From Ostreococcus lucimarinus (taxonomy: Eukaryota), in assembly GCA_000092065.1 (NCBI GenBank), contig CP000588.1: a DNA stretch of 64,000 nt; one strand, written 5' to 3'. Under the pieces are notes generated by a model, which made no database searches, was not told the origin of the DNA, and saw only the letters and a list, made by a program, of their open reading frames with translations. The translations under genes were made by a program, and so were the position numbers. Positions 29,699-39,654 of this stretch are shown here, piece after piece (the stretch's first letter is position 1; the number at the start of each line of letters is the position of its first letter).

Positions 29699-30757
29699 CT
29701 ACGACGCGACGCGTCTGGAGGCGCGGATGTTGCGCAAACGAGCCGAGCCGAATAAGGCGTCGACGCGAACGACGTCGAACGCGCCTTTGGACTTTAACAC
29801 TTCGACCGCGCGATCGAAATTTGAGTCGTGACACTCGAGATGCACGCGTTGGATTTTGCCCCAGTCGGTCTCGTCGACGCCGTTCAAGACGTCGAGCTCG
29901 GCGCGCTCGACGTCGATCTTTAACAAATCGACCGAATCGAGCCCGTGCGCTTCGATGAGATCAGAGACCGTGACGACGGGTCGTTTCACCACGCGCGCGC
30001 CTGACAGCATGTACGCCGCGACGCACCGCACGGCGACGCGCAAAACGAAGCTCGCGATGACGCTCGCGAGACGTCGAAGCGGCGTCGCGTCGTCGTCGTC
30101 GTCCGCGACGCGCGCTCTCAACCAACGTCCCGCGCCGACGACGACGTTACTCTCCAACCCATCGTCCCCACCACCGTCGCCCCTCAGCGCGTCCAAGACG
30201 TACGCGATCAAATTCTCCGTCGTCTCCGCGTCGTCTCTCGCGTTCTCGCGCGTCGCCCATCCCGCCGCGCGCGGAAACTCGACGAAATCCGCCGCGTCCC
30301 GCCTCTCCCCCCCCACGCCGACGTCGTGCGCGTACACCGTCGCCATCCCGCGCCCATCGCGCGCCGCGCCTTTTATCTCCACCCCTCGCACGCCGCACGT
30401 CGTCGCCGCGTCCCTCGTCGTCGTCTCGCCTCCCCTGTTTTCCCGCGCGCCGACGTTTTCCACCAACGCCGCGAACGTCCTCGGGATCGGTTCGCACGCG
30501 ATCACCGCGTCGCTCCTCGCCGCGAACCACAGCGCGCTCAATCCAACGTTCGCGCCGACGTCGATCACGACGCCCGTCCTTTTCGCCCCGTCCGCGATCG
30601 CGTCGAACCCGTAACACTCGCGCTCGAAGATTTCATCGTGCATGAATTTCACATCCGCGCGACTGACGTACCTGAGACGCACGCCGCGCCCCACGGCGAC
30701 GCGATTCCGCGCGTCGTGCGTCCACGCGCTCGCGGGCGTCGCGCGCGCGCGCGCCAT
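29699..30757 (-). CDS. FkbM-family SAM-dependent methyltransferase
   Basis: ATG verified at 30757. Motif I VVIDVGANVGLSALWFA and C-terminal VDLLKIDVERAELDVLNGV are FkbM-domain hallmarks; a Gly/Asp-rich insert lies between them. The stop at 29699 is 13 bp upstream of the GH31 track-ORF start 29686 (about 200 bp upstream of its ATG 29497), same strand. Confidence 0.65.
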   Translation of the reverse strand: MARARATPASAWTHDARNRVAVGRGVRLRYVSRADVKFMHDEIFERECYGFDAIADGAKRTGVVIDVGANVGLSALWFAARSDAVIACEPIPRTFAALVENVGARENRGGETTTRDAATTCGVRGVEIKGAARDGRGMATVYAHDVGVGGERRDAADFVEFPRAAGWATRENARDDAETTENLIAYVLDALRGDGGGDDGLESNVVVGAGRWLRARVADDDDDATPLRRLASVIASFVLRVAVRCVAAYMLSGARVVKRPVVTVSDLIEAHGLDSVDLLKIDVERAELDVLNGVDETDWGKIQRVHLECHDSNFDRAVEVLKSKGAFDVVRVDALFGSARLRNIRASRRVAS

Positions 30758-31026
30758 CGCGCGAGACGTCGACGTGTCGATCGGTCAACGATTCGATGCG
30801 CGCGCACAGCGCGACGCGACGTCGAATGCCGACGGCGACGCGCGCGCGCGAGCGCGACATCGTCGGCTGGGCGCGCGTCGCGCCGCGCGGCGCGCGATCG
30901 GCGCTCGCGCGCGCGGGAGGCGTCGCGTGGCACGACGCGCGCGAGAACGTCGTCGCGTGCGCGGGAGGGCGCGGCGCGCGCGACGCGGCGTCGGTGACGA
31001 TCGGTGCGACGACGCGCGACGACCCG

Positions 31027-31068
31027 CGAACGAACGCGCGAACGAACGAACGAACGCACGAACGAACG
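31027..31068 (+). repeat. (cgaa)-type microsatellite in the 5-prime region of the Kelch gene
   Basis: gaacgaacgcgcgaacgaacgaacgaacgcacgaacgaacg read directly; about 160 nt upstream of ATG 31229. Confidence 0.6.
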
Positions 31069-31228
31069 CGGATCGGGACTGACGCCGAGCGCGCGACGCG
31101 ACGGACCGATAGGGACGTGGGACGCGAGGACGCTGACGACGAGCGGCGACGCGCCGACGGCGAGCGAAGGCGCGGCGTACGCGCACGACGATGGAACGAC
31201 GGAACGAACGCTCGGGAGGAAAAGGGCG

Positions 31229-34039
31229 ATGACGTACGCGTTCGGTGGCGCGGATGACGGCGGGAGGATGCACGGGGAGACGCGGGCGATGGATCGAGAG
31301 ACGAGGAAATGGACGCGGTTGGCGACGAAGGGACGAGGACCGACGAAACGCGCGGGCGCGGCGGCGACGGTGACGGCGAGAGGGCGGTTGTTCGTGCACG
31401 GGGGGGTGGGAGAGGATGGGAAGTATCTCGCCGACGCGTACGAGTTGAATTTAGATTCGTTGATTTGGAGAGAGGTGAAGATGAACGGGTCGGCGCCGAC
31501 GGCGCGAGCGTTTCACACCGTGAGCGCGCTGAGTACGATGTTGGTGTGTTTCGGTGGCGATAATGGGACGGAGTTTTTGAGGGAGACGTACTACATGCCC
31601 TACGACGACGAGGTTTGGCGCGAACCCGACGCGGCGGCGTACGTCGGCGAAGACAGCGAAAACGTGTGTTGGCCGTGCGAGCGCGCGTGTCACACGGCGA
31701 CGCCGCTGAGCGACGGCGATACGATGATCGTGTTCGGTGGGTTAAGCAAGAATAGCGTGTCGTTGAGCGACACCTGGGCGTGGTCCGCCACGGAGCTGTG
31801 CTGGAGCCCGGTGGAGCCGCCATCGCAAGAGCCGGACGCGCGCTTCATGCACACCGCCACCGTCGTCGGCGACGGTTTAGTCGTCCTCGGAGGGATGACG
31901 CTGAACTTGAAAGGAGTGGACAGCGGCAAGTCGCACCGCGTGTTCGATCACATGTACATTTTAACGGGTTTGCAGCTCCTGACGCACCCGGCGAGAAAAG
32001 CGACGCAGGGCAAACCGAACGACTCGCCGCCGCAGCGCTCGACTCGAAAATCCTTTTCACAAGAACACCCAGAGGGGTTACCGCCAAAGAAGAAGCACTC
32101 AGCAGCGGTGAAAGAGATGCAGCGTAAGAGTTCGCGTCAGTCGATGGAGATCGTCGCGGCGGCGGTAGACGTCGCGGCGGCGGCGGAGCCCGAGGCGAGA
32201 CGGAAAGCAAAGGCGGCGGAACCGAAGCCTTCGGAGCCCGCACCGTCGGCGCAAAAGACTCTTTCAAAAGGACCATCGACGCCTAATTTCTTCTCGAAAG
32301 AAGCGACGGCGGAGTTCGAGCGCGGAGTCAGGACGCGCGGAACCGAGATGAGAGTCGTCGCCGCGCCTCTCGCGAAAAAGCCGAAGACGCGCGCGCCGAA
32401 TCCTAAGAAGAACGTCGCCAAGCCGGCTTCAAAGTCGAGTCCCCCGCCGAAGCGTGCAGTGAAAGGCCCAGTGCATGCGCACCAAACATCGTCTCCACCG
32501 GCGCCCGCAACGATAGACGTCGAAAAACGCTCATCGGTGCAAGTAGTTAAAGAGTCCGCGAACGTCGCGCCGCCGCGCGCGGATACGCGCGACATTCCCG
32601 TGCCAGGCGTGAAGCTCGCACCGCCGGACGACGTGGACGAAGACGAAATCGACTTGTTCTCAGGACCCGTAAACGTATCCGATCGTGTCAACGACGAGCA
32701 AACACGACAGGAGGCGGAAAATACACCCACGCCGGAGGCGCCGGCGCCTAAGAAAGTCGCCGCGACGGCTGCGTCGATTCCGGGGGTGAAGTTGGCACCG
32801 CCGGACGACGACGAGGAGGTAGGCGCCGTGGAAAAGTCGACGCCGAGCCCACAGCCAGTCGTTGCGTCGCCCACGAAGAAGTCAACGACGCGAGAGGTGG
32901 CGGTCGCGGCGAAAGAGTTCCCCATCCCAGGCGTTCGATTGGCCCCAGTAGACGACGACGAGTGGGAAGACATGGACCCGGAGGAGCGCATGCCGTCGTT
33001 CCAAACGAGTTCGGATCAAGAGGCGCCCACGATCGCTGGAAGTGATTCGCCCGAGAGTGTCGAGGTGCCGTACGAATGGATCGCGAGTGACGACCAAAAG
33101 TTTTCAATTTTGAAGGAAAAGGCGACGGGGAAGGAAATTAGAAGAATCCCCTTGCCGGAGAGTTTGCGAGACGAAGAGTATCGAGAACGACGAGAACGAA
33201 AACAACCGGCATCTAAAGTGCAGCTAGTACCGGCGCCAGTCGAAGCGAAGGAGCCACAGCCGTCCTCGACGAAAGTCGCCAAACCTCTGAGCGTAGACGT
33301 CGACGTTGCGTTCAAGGTTTACGCGACGTTCCAGTTGACCAAATCTGCAAAGCTTTACGAGGGCATGGGACACGACGAGTGCACAAAGGCGCTCCAAGCC
33401 GCTTGGCGTAATCTGACGAAGGAAGAGCACGATGAGTGGTTGGAGATGGCTCAAGGTCCACCTTCCGCACGCAAACGCAAAGATCGCGAGGGGGAACATC
33501 CTGACAAAGAAGACGCCAAACCGTCGACATCTTCCAAAGACAATCTCGAAGTGACGCGTCTTCGCCGTGTCGCCGCCGCGCATTTGAACATGCAATTTCG
33601 CGCCGATGTCGAGCACGCCGCGGGCGCTGGTGACTTTCGCGGTGGTGATCTCGCCATGCTCGGTGAATACGTCACCGGCGTCGTCACTGGCGGCTTCGAC
33701 GCCGGATACTTTGCCACCATGAGCGTGCAAACCGACGACGGTCCTCGCAACTACCGCGCCGTGTTATTCTCCCCCGTTCTGTGCTCGCAGCGCCTCCTTC
33801 CATCCGGCACCGATGACGGCGACAAACGTCCCACGCTCGTCTTACCCAGCTACTGCGTCCCCGGCACGTCCAACTCCGTCGCTCGCAACATCGTCTTCAC
33901 CCGCGAAGACGCGAGCGACGGCGCCATCCGCGCGGACGCCGTCTGGGGCCATCCCCTCCCCGACGTCCCATCCAAGCCGATCGTCGCCCTCGTCGACGAA
34001 GACGTCGATCGCAAACTCCCCGAAGATCGCGCGCTTTAG
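31229..34039 (+). CDS. Kelch-repeat protein with long Lys/Pro/Ala-rich disordered region and conserved C-terminal domain
   Basis: The track ORF starts at GTG 31004; first ATG at 31229 (MTYAFGGADDGG..). Five to six Kelch blades (YAFGG, LFVHGG, LVCFGG, MIVFGG, LVVLGG with WxxV motifs). The tripeptide-level motif IPGVKLAPPDD/IPGVRLAPVDD occurs three times. C-terminal region ..GEYVTGVVTGGFDAGYFATMSVQTDDGPRNYRAVLFSP.. is not assigned to a family. Confidence 0.6.
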   Translation: MTYAFGGADDGGRMHGETRAMDRETRKWTRLATKGRGPTKRAGAAATVTARGRLFVHGGVGEDGKYLADAYELNLDSLIWREVKMNGSAPTARAFHTVSALSTMLVCFGGDNGTEFLRETYYMPYDDEVWREPDAAAYVGEDSENVCWPCERACHTATPLSDGDTMIVFGGLSKNSVSLSDTWAWSATELCWSPVEPPSQEPDARFMHTATVVGDGLVVLGGMTLNLKGVDSGKSHRVFDHMYILTGLQLLTHPARKATQGKPNDSPPQRSTRKSFSQEHPEGLPPKKKHSAAVKEMQRKSSRQSMEIVAAAVDVAAAAEPEARRKAKAAEPKPSEPAPSAQKTLSKGPSTPNFFSKEATAEFERGVRTRGTEMRVVAAPLAKKPKTRAPNPKKNVAKPASKSSPPPKRAVKGPVHAHQTSSPPAPATIDVEKRSSVQVVKESANVAPPRADTRDIPVPGVKLAPPDDVDEDEIDLFSGPVNVSDRVNDEQTRQEAENTPTPEAPAPKKVAATAASIPGVKLAPPDDDEEVGAVEKSTPSPQPVVASPTKKSTTREVAVAAKEFPIPGVRLAPVDDDEWEDMDPEERMPSFQTSSDQEAPTIAGSDSPESVEVPYEWIASDDQKFSILKEKATGKEIRRIPLPESLRDEEYRERRERKQPASKVQLVPAPVEAKEPQPSSTKVAKPLSVDVDVAFKVYATFQLTKSAKLYEGMGHDECTKALQAAWRNLTKEEHDEWLEMAQGPPSARKRKDREGEHPDKEDAKPSTSSKDNLEVTRLRRVAAAHLNMQFRADVEHAAGAGDFRGGDLAMLGEYVTGVVTGGFDAGYFATMSVQTDDGPRNYRAVLFSPVLCSQRLLPSGTDDGDKRPTLVLPSYCVPGTSNSVARNIVFTREDASDGAIRADAVWGHPLPDVPSKPIVALVDEDVDRKLPEDRAL

Positions 34040-34184
34040 AGTTCGCCGCGGTGACAATCACAATTCACAGTTTACGATTCAACAAATCGCGCGTCTTCGT
34101 CGCGCCGCGCCGAGAGCCAAAAAAAGCCACCGAGGTCGGCGCGAGCTCGGCACCCCGACGCATTTCTTCGCGCCTCGTGCGACG

Positions 34185-34592
34185 ATGTGCCGACGCGTGC
34201 AGTGCTCGAAGTGCGATAAACCCACGTGGGCGGGTACGCGCGATGCGATCGACGCCTCGACGCGCGCGCGCGCGCGCGACGACGACGACGCCGCGCGCGA
34301 CGAATGCTCGACCGAACGACTGACCGCGGACGCGATTCGCTCAGGATGCGGCATGCACATCGAATCCGCGCTCGCGGGCGTCGCGGTGGAAGACAGGTGC
34401 GCGTGTGAGCGCGGGAGCGTGTTCGGGAGCTTGTTCGGGGGGAAGAAGACGTCGAACAAGGAGGAAGTAGACGCGCGGCTTTCGTCGCCCGCGAGCGAGC
34501 GTCGTAAGAAAGGCGAACGGATTATGATTACGATCACGGTTTACGCGACGAGTCGAGCGAGGATTCGAATTCGGCGGCGAGCTCGCGCTTGA
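34185..34592 (+). CDS. small Cys-rich ORF (MCRRVQCSKCDKPTWAG..), possible short protein; overlaps kinesin 3-prime end
   Basis: ATG verified at 34185; 135 aa with C-x2-C-x2-C-x4-W and later CG.H / C-x-C clusters. Its last ~58 nt overlap the convergent kinesin stop region, so the reality of the C-terminus is uncertain. Confidence 0.25.
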   Translation: MCRRVQCSKCDKPTWAGTRDAIDASTRARARDDDDAARDECSTERLTADAIRSGCGMHIESALAGVAVEDRCACERGSVFGSLFGGKKTSNKEEVDARLSSPASERRKKGERIMITITVYATSRARIRIRRRARA

Positions 34593-36420
34593 GGTTAGAG
34601 ATGGTGGTTTTGGCGTCTCGCGCGGAGTCGCGGAGACGCTCGAGGCGTCGGCGCGCCGAGGCGTGCTCGCGAAAACCGTCGTCGATGGAAACCTCGAGGT
34701 CGAGCTCGCGTGCGGATGGCGTGGCTGAAACGTCGATGATGCGGGCGATTTTGAGAGCGTCCAGGGCACCGCGATCGGTGTTGATTTTGGTTTTGAGCTC
34801 GTTCATGCGTCGCGCGAGAGTTCGCGCCTCGGCGGCGAGCGCCTTGGACTCATCCGTTTTACGTCGAAGCATCGGCGCCACGCGCGAGATGTCGCGACAA
34901 AATTTCGTAAATATCTCTTCGTTCGGGTCTTCATGAACGGCATCAGCGGCGTCGGCGGTGCCTTGATCTATCGCCGAAGGTTCCATTGGCGGTGACGCGG
35001 CGCCCGTCACCGCGCCGGCGCGTTCGGCGCTCCGACACATGTCGCGCAGTATTTGCTGCACGGCTCTAATTTTTGCCACGCTTGATCCACACTCGAGCAC
35101 GTAATCATCTTCATCCACGTACATACGCACGTTTGCTCGCAAAATCTCGAGCACGTCGGCGCTTAGCTCGAGCTCAAGCGCGTCGTTTTCGCTCGATTCC
35201 ACTCGCCGAAGCAATGCGAGTTCCACGCGTAGGCGTTTATTTTCTTCCTTCAAACGCGCGATGAGCATGTCCACGTCGAGTTCTTCATTCATGAAGACTT
35301 CGTTCGATATCTTACGCACGCGCTGGGCGAATCGACACGTGCTAACGCTCTCATCGAACGCGCCGTCGTCCGCGCTCGCTGTGGCAATCATAACGGTTTG
35401 ACAATTCCCACCGAGACTGTCTCGTAGCATCGTCGTCATCAAACTATTTCTGTACGGCACGTGAATGTTTTCGTTACCATCGGCGCGCTCCTGTAATGCC
35501 ACGATGACTTGCTCCAGGAAGTGCAACGAGACATTGATGTACTTGGCCTCTTGCAGCGTCGCGCCGTCGACGCGGCTTTTGTTCACCCGTTCGCTCCCTG
35601 CCAAATCCACTAGATTCAATTTCGCCCGACGCAACGTGTCCGCCCCGCGCGATCGCCGCGTGATGGTGATGGTAAATATGCAATGCGATCGACTGGACGC
35701 CATATTCAGCGGCGTCTCCGCCACCGCTCGGTTACTATCGCCAACGAAGAGCAAATCGAGCGCCTCGGCTTCGCTCGACACGACGCGCGTCGTCAGATCC
35801 ATCGTGTGCATGCACCCGTGTTCGTCCTCCATCAATCGAACCTTTGGTAATGGGATTTCTGACGCTCGCGCGTATCCTCGCGCCGCGCTCTGTCGCTCGT
35901 CCAACGTCGTCGCGAGTAAATCGTACCCTTGTTCCATGTAAATCTCCGCGTAACTCACCTCCACAGTGAACTTCGCATCCTCGTCCGCTCCGATCTTTGC
36001 GATGCGTTCGAAAATCAACGACAGCGCCCTGGGGACGATGCCTCGATCCTCGTACCGCGCCGGTCCTCCCGTCAGCGTGTACGTCTTCCCGCTCCCCGTC
36101 TGCCCGTACGCGAACAGCGTGGCGTTGTACCCGCCCAGCGCCGCCTCCACGACGTCGCGACCGACGGCATCGAACACCATCGCCTGACTCGCGTCTTCAT
36201 CGAACACATCATCGAACGCAAACACGTGTCTCGCATCCTTCGCTCCCGCGCGTCGTTCAGACGCCGCGCGCGCGCACTCAACCACCCGCGCGCGAGTCGA
36301 TTCGTCTTCCTCTTCGTCGCGCTCGAGCGCGCGTATCGACGCCTCCGCGCGCGCCGACCGCGACGCGCGACGCGGTCGCAGGCGTAAAAACGTCCGTATT
36401 CGCGTCGTCGACGCCGCCAT
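34534..36420 (-). CDS. kinesin motor protein (N-terminal motor domain, C-terminal coiled coil)
   Basis: ATG verified at 36420. P-loop FAYGQTGSGKTYT, switch I NMASSRSHCIF, switch II LVDLAGSER, plus neck and coiled coil (..ARLKEENKRLRVELALL..). Confidence 0.85.
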   Translation of the reverse strand: MAASTTRIRTFLRLRPRRASRSARAEASIRALERDEEEDESTRARVVECARAASERRAGAKDARHVFAFDDVFDEDASQAMVFDAVGRDVVEAALGGYNATLFAYGQTGSGKTYTLTGGPARYEDRGIVPRALSLIFERIAKIGADEDAKFTVEVSYAEIYMEQGYDLLATTLDERQSAARGYARASEIPLPKVRLMEDEHGCMHTMDLTTRVVSSEAEALDLLFVGDSNRAVAETPLNMASSRSHCIFTITITRRSRGADTLRRAKLNLVDLAGSERVNKSRVDGATLQEAKYINVSLHFLEQVIVALQERADGNENIHVPYRNSLMTTMLRDSLGGNCQTVMIATASADDGAFDESVSTCRFAQRVRKISNEVFMNEELDVDMLIARLKEENKRLRVELALLRRVESSENDALELELSADVLEILRANVRMYVDEDDYVLECGSSVAKIRAVQQILRDMCRSAERAGAVTGAASPPMEPSAIDQGTADAADAVHEDPNEEIFTKFCRDISRVAPMLRRKTDESKALAAEARTLARRMNELKTKINTDRGALDALKIARIIDVSATPSARELDLEVSIDDGFREHASARRRLERLRDSARDAKTTISNLKRELAAEFESSLDSSRKP

Positions 36421-36559
36421 CGCCCGCGGTCCGTCCAGGCGTCACCGGACGCGCGTCGTTGTACCGGTCGGGTTTGTACCGGTCAGTACCGGTCAACCGT
36501 CGCGCCGCGCGAACCGTCACACGAGCGCGCGTCGCGCGTCGCGCCGCGCCGCGTCGACG

Positions 36560-38566
36560 ATGCAGGCGCTGGCGACGTCGTCTGACGCGCCCGCACCGCG
36601 CGAGGCGCGCGACGCCGCGCGCGAGACGCCGGTCGGTCCCACGAGGTCGAGGTCAAACGCGACGCGCGACGACGTCGACAGCGCCGCGGAGGACGCCGGC
36701 GACGCCACGGCGTCGACGTCGTCGCGCGCGTGCGTCGTGCTGTCGCTCGGACGCGCGGTCGTCGGCGACGCGCGGTACGCGAACGGCGCGCGCGCGTTCT
36801 GCGACGGCTACCGCGCGCGCCGGGACGCGGCGGCGAACGGAAGCCTCGGAACGACGACGGCGAGCATCGAGGCGACGAGTTTCGGACCTTTGTTTCGAGT
36901 CGTGCTGCACGATTACGACGATGAAGCGTTCGTGGCGCATCATCCCGGGACGGCGACGCGAGAGGCGAAGCGTTTCGTCGACCGGGCCACGGGACGTCGT
37001 ACGACGTGTCCGTCGTACGACGACGTATTTGGGTTCAGCGATCCGAGCATAGAGCAAAGGTTGAGCGCGCTGCCGAACATGGATAAAGTCGTGGGATACG
37101 TGCGACCGACGGTGCGAAATAGGTATCGGATGAGCGAGGCTGAGGTGGTCGAACGGCGCCGGCGTGAGGCCATCGAAAACGCCGGCGCCGACGAGACGCC
37201 GAGCATCTTCAGGACGCCCAGCGTCGAAAAGTGCGATGTGTGTGATTCTGTTCGAGAGTTTGACCAAGATGTGCTCGTGCAGTGCGATGAGTGCATGATT
37301 TTGGTTCACATGGGTTGCTACGGCGTCACGACTGCGCCGACGGGCGGGCGTTGGCTGTGTCGAGCGTGCGAACTCGGCTTGCGCACGCCGCCGCGGTGCG
37401 CGCTGTGTCCGAACGTGGGTGGTGCGATGAAACCAACGTTGTGTGGGAGGTGGTGCCACGTCGTATGCGCGTTGTGGGCGGAATGCACGTTCGCGCATCC
37501 TGATGGCGTCGCGGAGCCCATCGAAGGCGTCAACATGGTTCCAGCGGAGAGTTTGAAAGCAACGTGCGCGGTGTGCGAGCAAAGTTACGGCGCGTGCGCG
37601 CAGTGCATGGGTACGAAAAAGTGTCAAAAAGCGTTTCACGTGTACTGCGCGAGAGACGCGGAGTGTGGATACATCGCGCACTCGCGCACGGTGGCGCAGC
37701 TGAAACAGGCGGGCATTCGCAAATTCATCGTGGGTTACGAACAGCCTCTGCGAAACACCGACACACTTTTGTTTCCGAGTTGTCCCGCGTGCGCAAACTG
37801 GCGAGGTCGCAAGCGCAAACGGCGCGCGTCGACACCGAAGAAGCGAACTCAGACACCGAAGACAAGGCCAACTGTGGATTCGCGCGAAGTCGAAGACAAA
37901 GACGAAGACGCGAAACCACTCCAGTGCGCCAAGTTTGACCCTTTAGGCGCGTACGCTCGCGCGTTGACGGTGTCGCCAAAGGATTCGATACCATATCTCG
38001 TCACGGGCGCGCGAACGAGTCGCTTGGAATCGTTCAGTCTTCGAGCCGTCGCACTTGCCGATCCGCCGCGAAATCTGAACGAGCGTTTCGAGCGCATGAA
38101 GGCGACGATTTCAGATCGCTTGACGCTGGGGAAATCGTATATTCACGGCTATGGTTTATTCGCAAAACGCGCGCACGCGCGAGGCGAGATGATCATCGAT
38201 TACGTCGGCGAAATCGTGCGTCCAGTCGTTGCCGATATTCGCGAGCGCGACGTGTACGACACCTGTTTCGGCAACGGGACGTACATCTTCGCGCTAGGCG
38301 GCGACGATCAACCCGTGCGCTTAGACGCCACGTGTGCAGGAAATCTCGCAAACTTGGCCAACCATTCGTGCGCACCGAACGCGCATTCGAGACAAGTGTA
38401 CGCCGCGAACGACAACCACATTTGCTTATTCGCGTCGCGAAACATCCAGCCCGGCGAGGAAATTTTGTACGAGTATAGACTCGGCGCCGATCAGACGTTA
38501 CGATGCAACTGCGGCGCCGCAAACTGTCGCGGCGTCGTCAACTTTACCGCCGAGCACCCGGCGTAG
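36560..38566 (+). CDS. PHD-finger + SET-domain histone-lysine N-methyltransferase (trithorax/ATX-like)
   Basis: ATG verified at 36560. PHD/extended-PHD Cys-His clusters (CDVCDS..CDECMILVHMGCYG..WLCRACE; CALCPNVGGAMKPT..WCHVVCALWA). SET domain GKSYIHGYGLFAKR..IDYVGEIVR..NHSCAPNAHSRQVY..EEILYEY and post-SET CNCGAANCRG. Confidence 0.8.
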   Translation: MQALATSSDAPAPREARDAARETPVGPTRSRSNATRDDVDSAAEDAGDATASTSSRACVVLSLGRAVVGDARYANGARAFCDGYRARRDAAANGSLGTTTASIEATSFGPLFRVVLHDYDDEAFVAHHPGTATREAKRFVDRATGRRTTCPSYDDVFGFSDPSIEQRLSALPNMDKVVGYVRPTVRNRYRMSEAEVVERRRREAIENAGADETPSIFRTPSVEKCDVCDSVREFDQDVLVQCDECMILVHMGCYGVTTAPTGGRWLCRACELGLRTPPRCALCPNVGGAMKPTLCGRWCHVVCALWAECTFAHPDGVAEPIEGVNMVPAESLKATCAVCEQSYGACAQCMGTKKCQKAFHVYCARDAECGYIAHSRTVAQLKQAGIRKFIVGYEQPLRNTDTLLFPSCPACANWRGRKRKRRASTPKKRTQTPKTRPTVDSREVEDKDEDAKPLQCAKFDPLGAYARALTVSPKDSIPYLVTGARTSRLESFSLRAVALADPPRNLNERFERMKATISDRLTLGKSYIHGYGLFAKRAHARGEMIIDYVGEIVRPVVADIRERDVYDTCFGNGTYIFALGGDDQPVRLDATCAGNLANLANHSCAPNAHSRQVYAANDNHICLFASRNIQPGEEILYEYRLGADQTLRCNCGAANCRGVVNFTAEHPA

Positions 38567-38672
38567 AAATTAGACGAGTTTTAGTAGTTGAGTCCAGCGT
38601 CGCCGTCGACGACGCGCCTTCTCTCACCCATTCCTCCCATATTATTACACTACGCGACACCCACGACGACGA

Positions 38673-39122
38673 TCAATCCTCCTTCGCCGCCTCCGCAAAA
38701 TACGGATTCTCCTTCGGCTCTTCGATGATTTCAATCTCGTGATCAAAATCCCACGGCTTCCACGCGCGCATCTTCGGGATCAGCGCCAACTCGTCCTTCG
38801 CCGCCTCGTACATCTCCTCGATTTGCCCCTCCCCGATCGCGTCCTCGATCTCCCTCACGCTCCCTCCCGCCCTCACCTTGGCCAACCGTTCGGCGTACAG
38901 CTTCGTCACCGCCTCGCGATACCCCGCATCGCTCGGGATCCCGACCTCGACCTCGCGCAAAACCTCCTCGCAGATCGCCTCGTACGTCGCCTTCGCGTCG
39001 TCGAGCACGTCGAGCCCGACGATGCCCGTGGTCTGTTTCTCCGATCGCGACGCGCTCGCGACGTACGCGCGCGACGCCGCGCGGCGCGTCAGAAGCGCGC
39101 GCGCGACGCGACGCAGGTGCAT
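38673..39122 (-). CDS. NADH dehydrogenase (ubiquinone) 1 alpha subcomplex subunit 5 (NDUFA5/B13)-like, mitochondrial
   Basis: TTGIVGLDVLDDAKATYEAICEEVLREVEVGIPSDAGYREAVTKLYAERL..LIPKMRAWKPWDF matches the B13 family pattern. ATG at 39122-39120 gives a basic presequence MHLRRVARALLTRRAASRAYV; the track ORF extends further upstream only through Arg-rich read-through. Confidence 0.7.
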   Translation of the reverse strand: MHLRRVARALLTRRAASRAYVASASRSEKQTTGIVGLDVLDDAKATYEAICEEVLREVEVGIPSDAGYREAVTKLYAERLAKVRAGGSVREIEDAIGEGQIEEMYEAAKDELALIPKMRAWKPWDFDHEIEIIEEPKENPYFAEAAKED

Positions 39123-39383
39123 CCTCCGTCGTCCGTCCGTCCGTCCGTCGCGACGACGTGTGCGGCGCCGGCGCGTCGATCGCGCGGCGCGCGCGTCGTA
39201 GGGTTTATCTCGCGCACCTTTTTCGACGCGCACCTTTTACTACATGGAGAACTTTTGCGCTCGAACGCGCGCTTTTTCGAATAAATCACGAGCCGTAGAG
39301 CGAGGGACGCGCGCCCCATCACCGCGCGCGCGACCGCGCAGGGTCGCCGCGGCGTCGCCGGGCCGACCGCGGACGACGACGCG

Positions 39384-39393
39384 ATGCGGTCGA

Positions 39394-39424
<31 letters not shown>

Positions 39425-39654
39425 AGAAGAAGACGAAGGAGACGAATCATACGAGGCGCGCGATGGCGACGACGACGACGACGACGTCGTCGTGACGCAA
39501 CGGGACGTGAAAGCGGCGAACATCGCGTCGCTCGTGAACGGGACGTTGGAGACGTGCGCGCGACCGTACGTGCGGGGACTGACGGTGGAGGACCCGGCGG
39601 TGACGCTGAAACGGGCGTTTAAATCGCCGTTTCCGAACGCGCCGAATCGGAGCG
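39384..39654 (+). CDS. RAD54: RAD54 exon 1 (acidic N-terminus and conserved FKSPFPN motif)
   Basis: ATG verified at 39384. Poly-D/E tract (gac)n, then ..VTLKRAFKSPFPNAPNRS in frame 0, matching the FKVPIPN motif of the RAD54 N-terminal domain. The rest of RAD54 is in frame 2, which requires a splice. Confidence 0.5.
39396..39421 (+). repeat. (gac)n trinucleotide repeat encoding poly-Asp in RAD54 exon 1
   Basis: gacgacgacgacgacgacgacgacga read directly. Confidence 0.7.

Noticed and set aside
30633-31823. 396-aa minus-strand ORF and several 130-220-aa ORFs over the FkbM/Kelch intergenic region
   Set aside because: Arg/Ser/Pro-rich low-complexity with no domains; overlaps the Kelch 5-prime region and (cgaa)n microsatellite.
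36653-37681. 342-aa minus-strand ORF antisense to the PHD-SET gene
   Set aside because: Arg-rich antisense read-through of a gene with unambiguous PHD and SET motifs.
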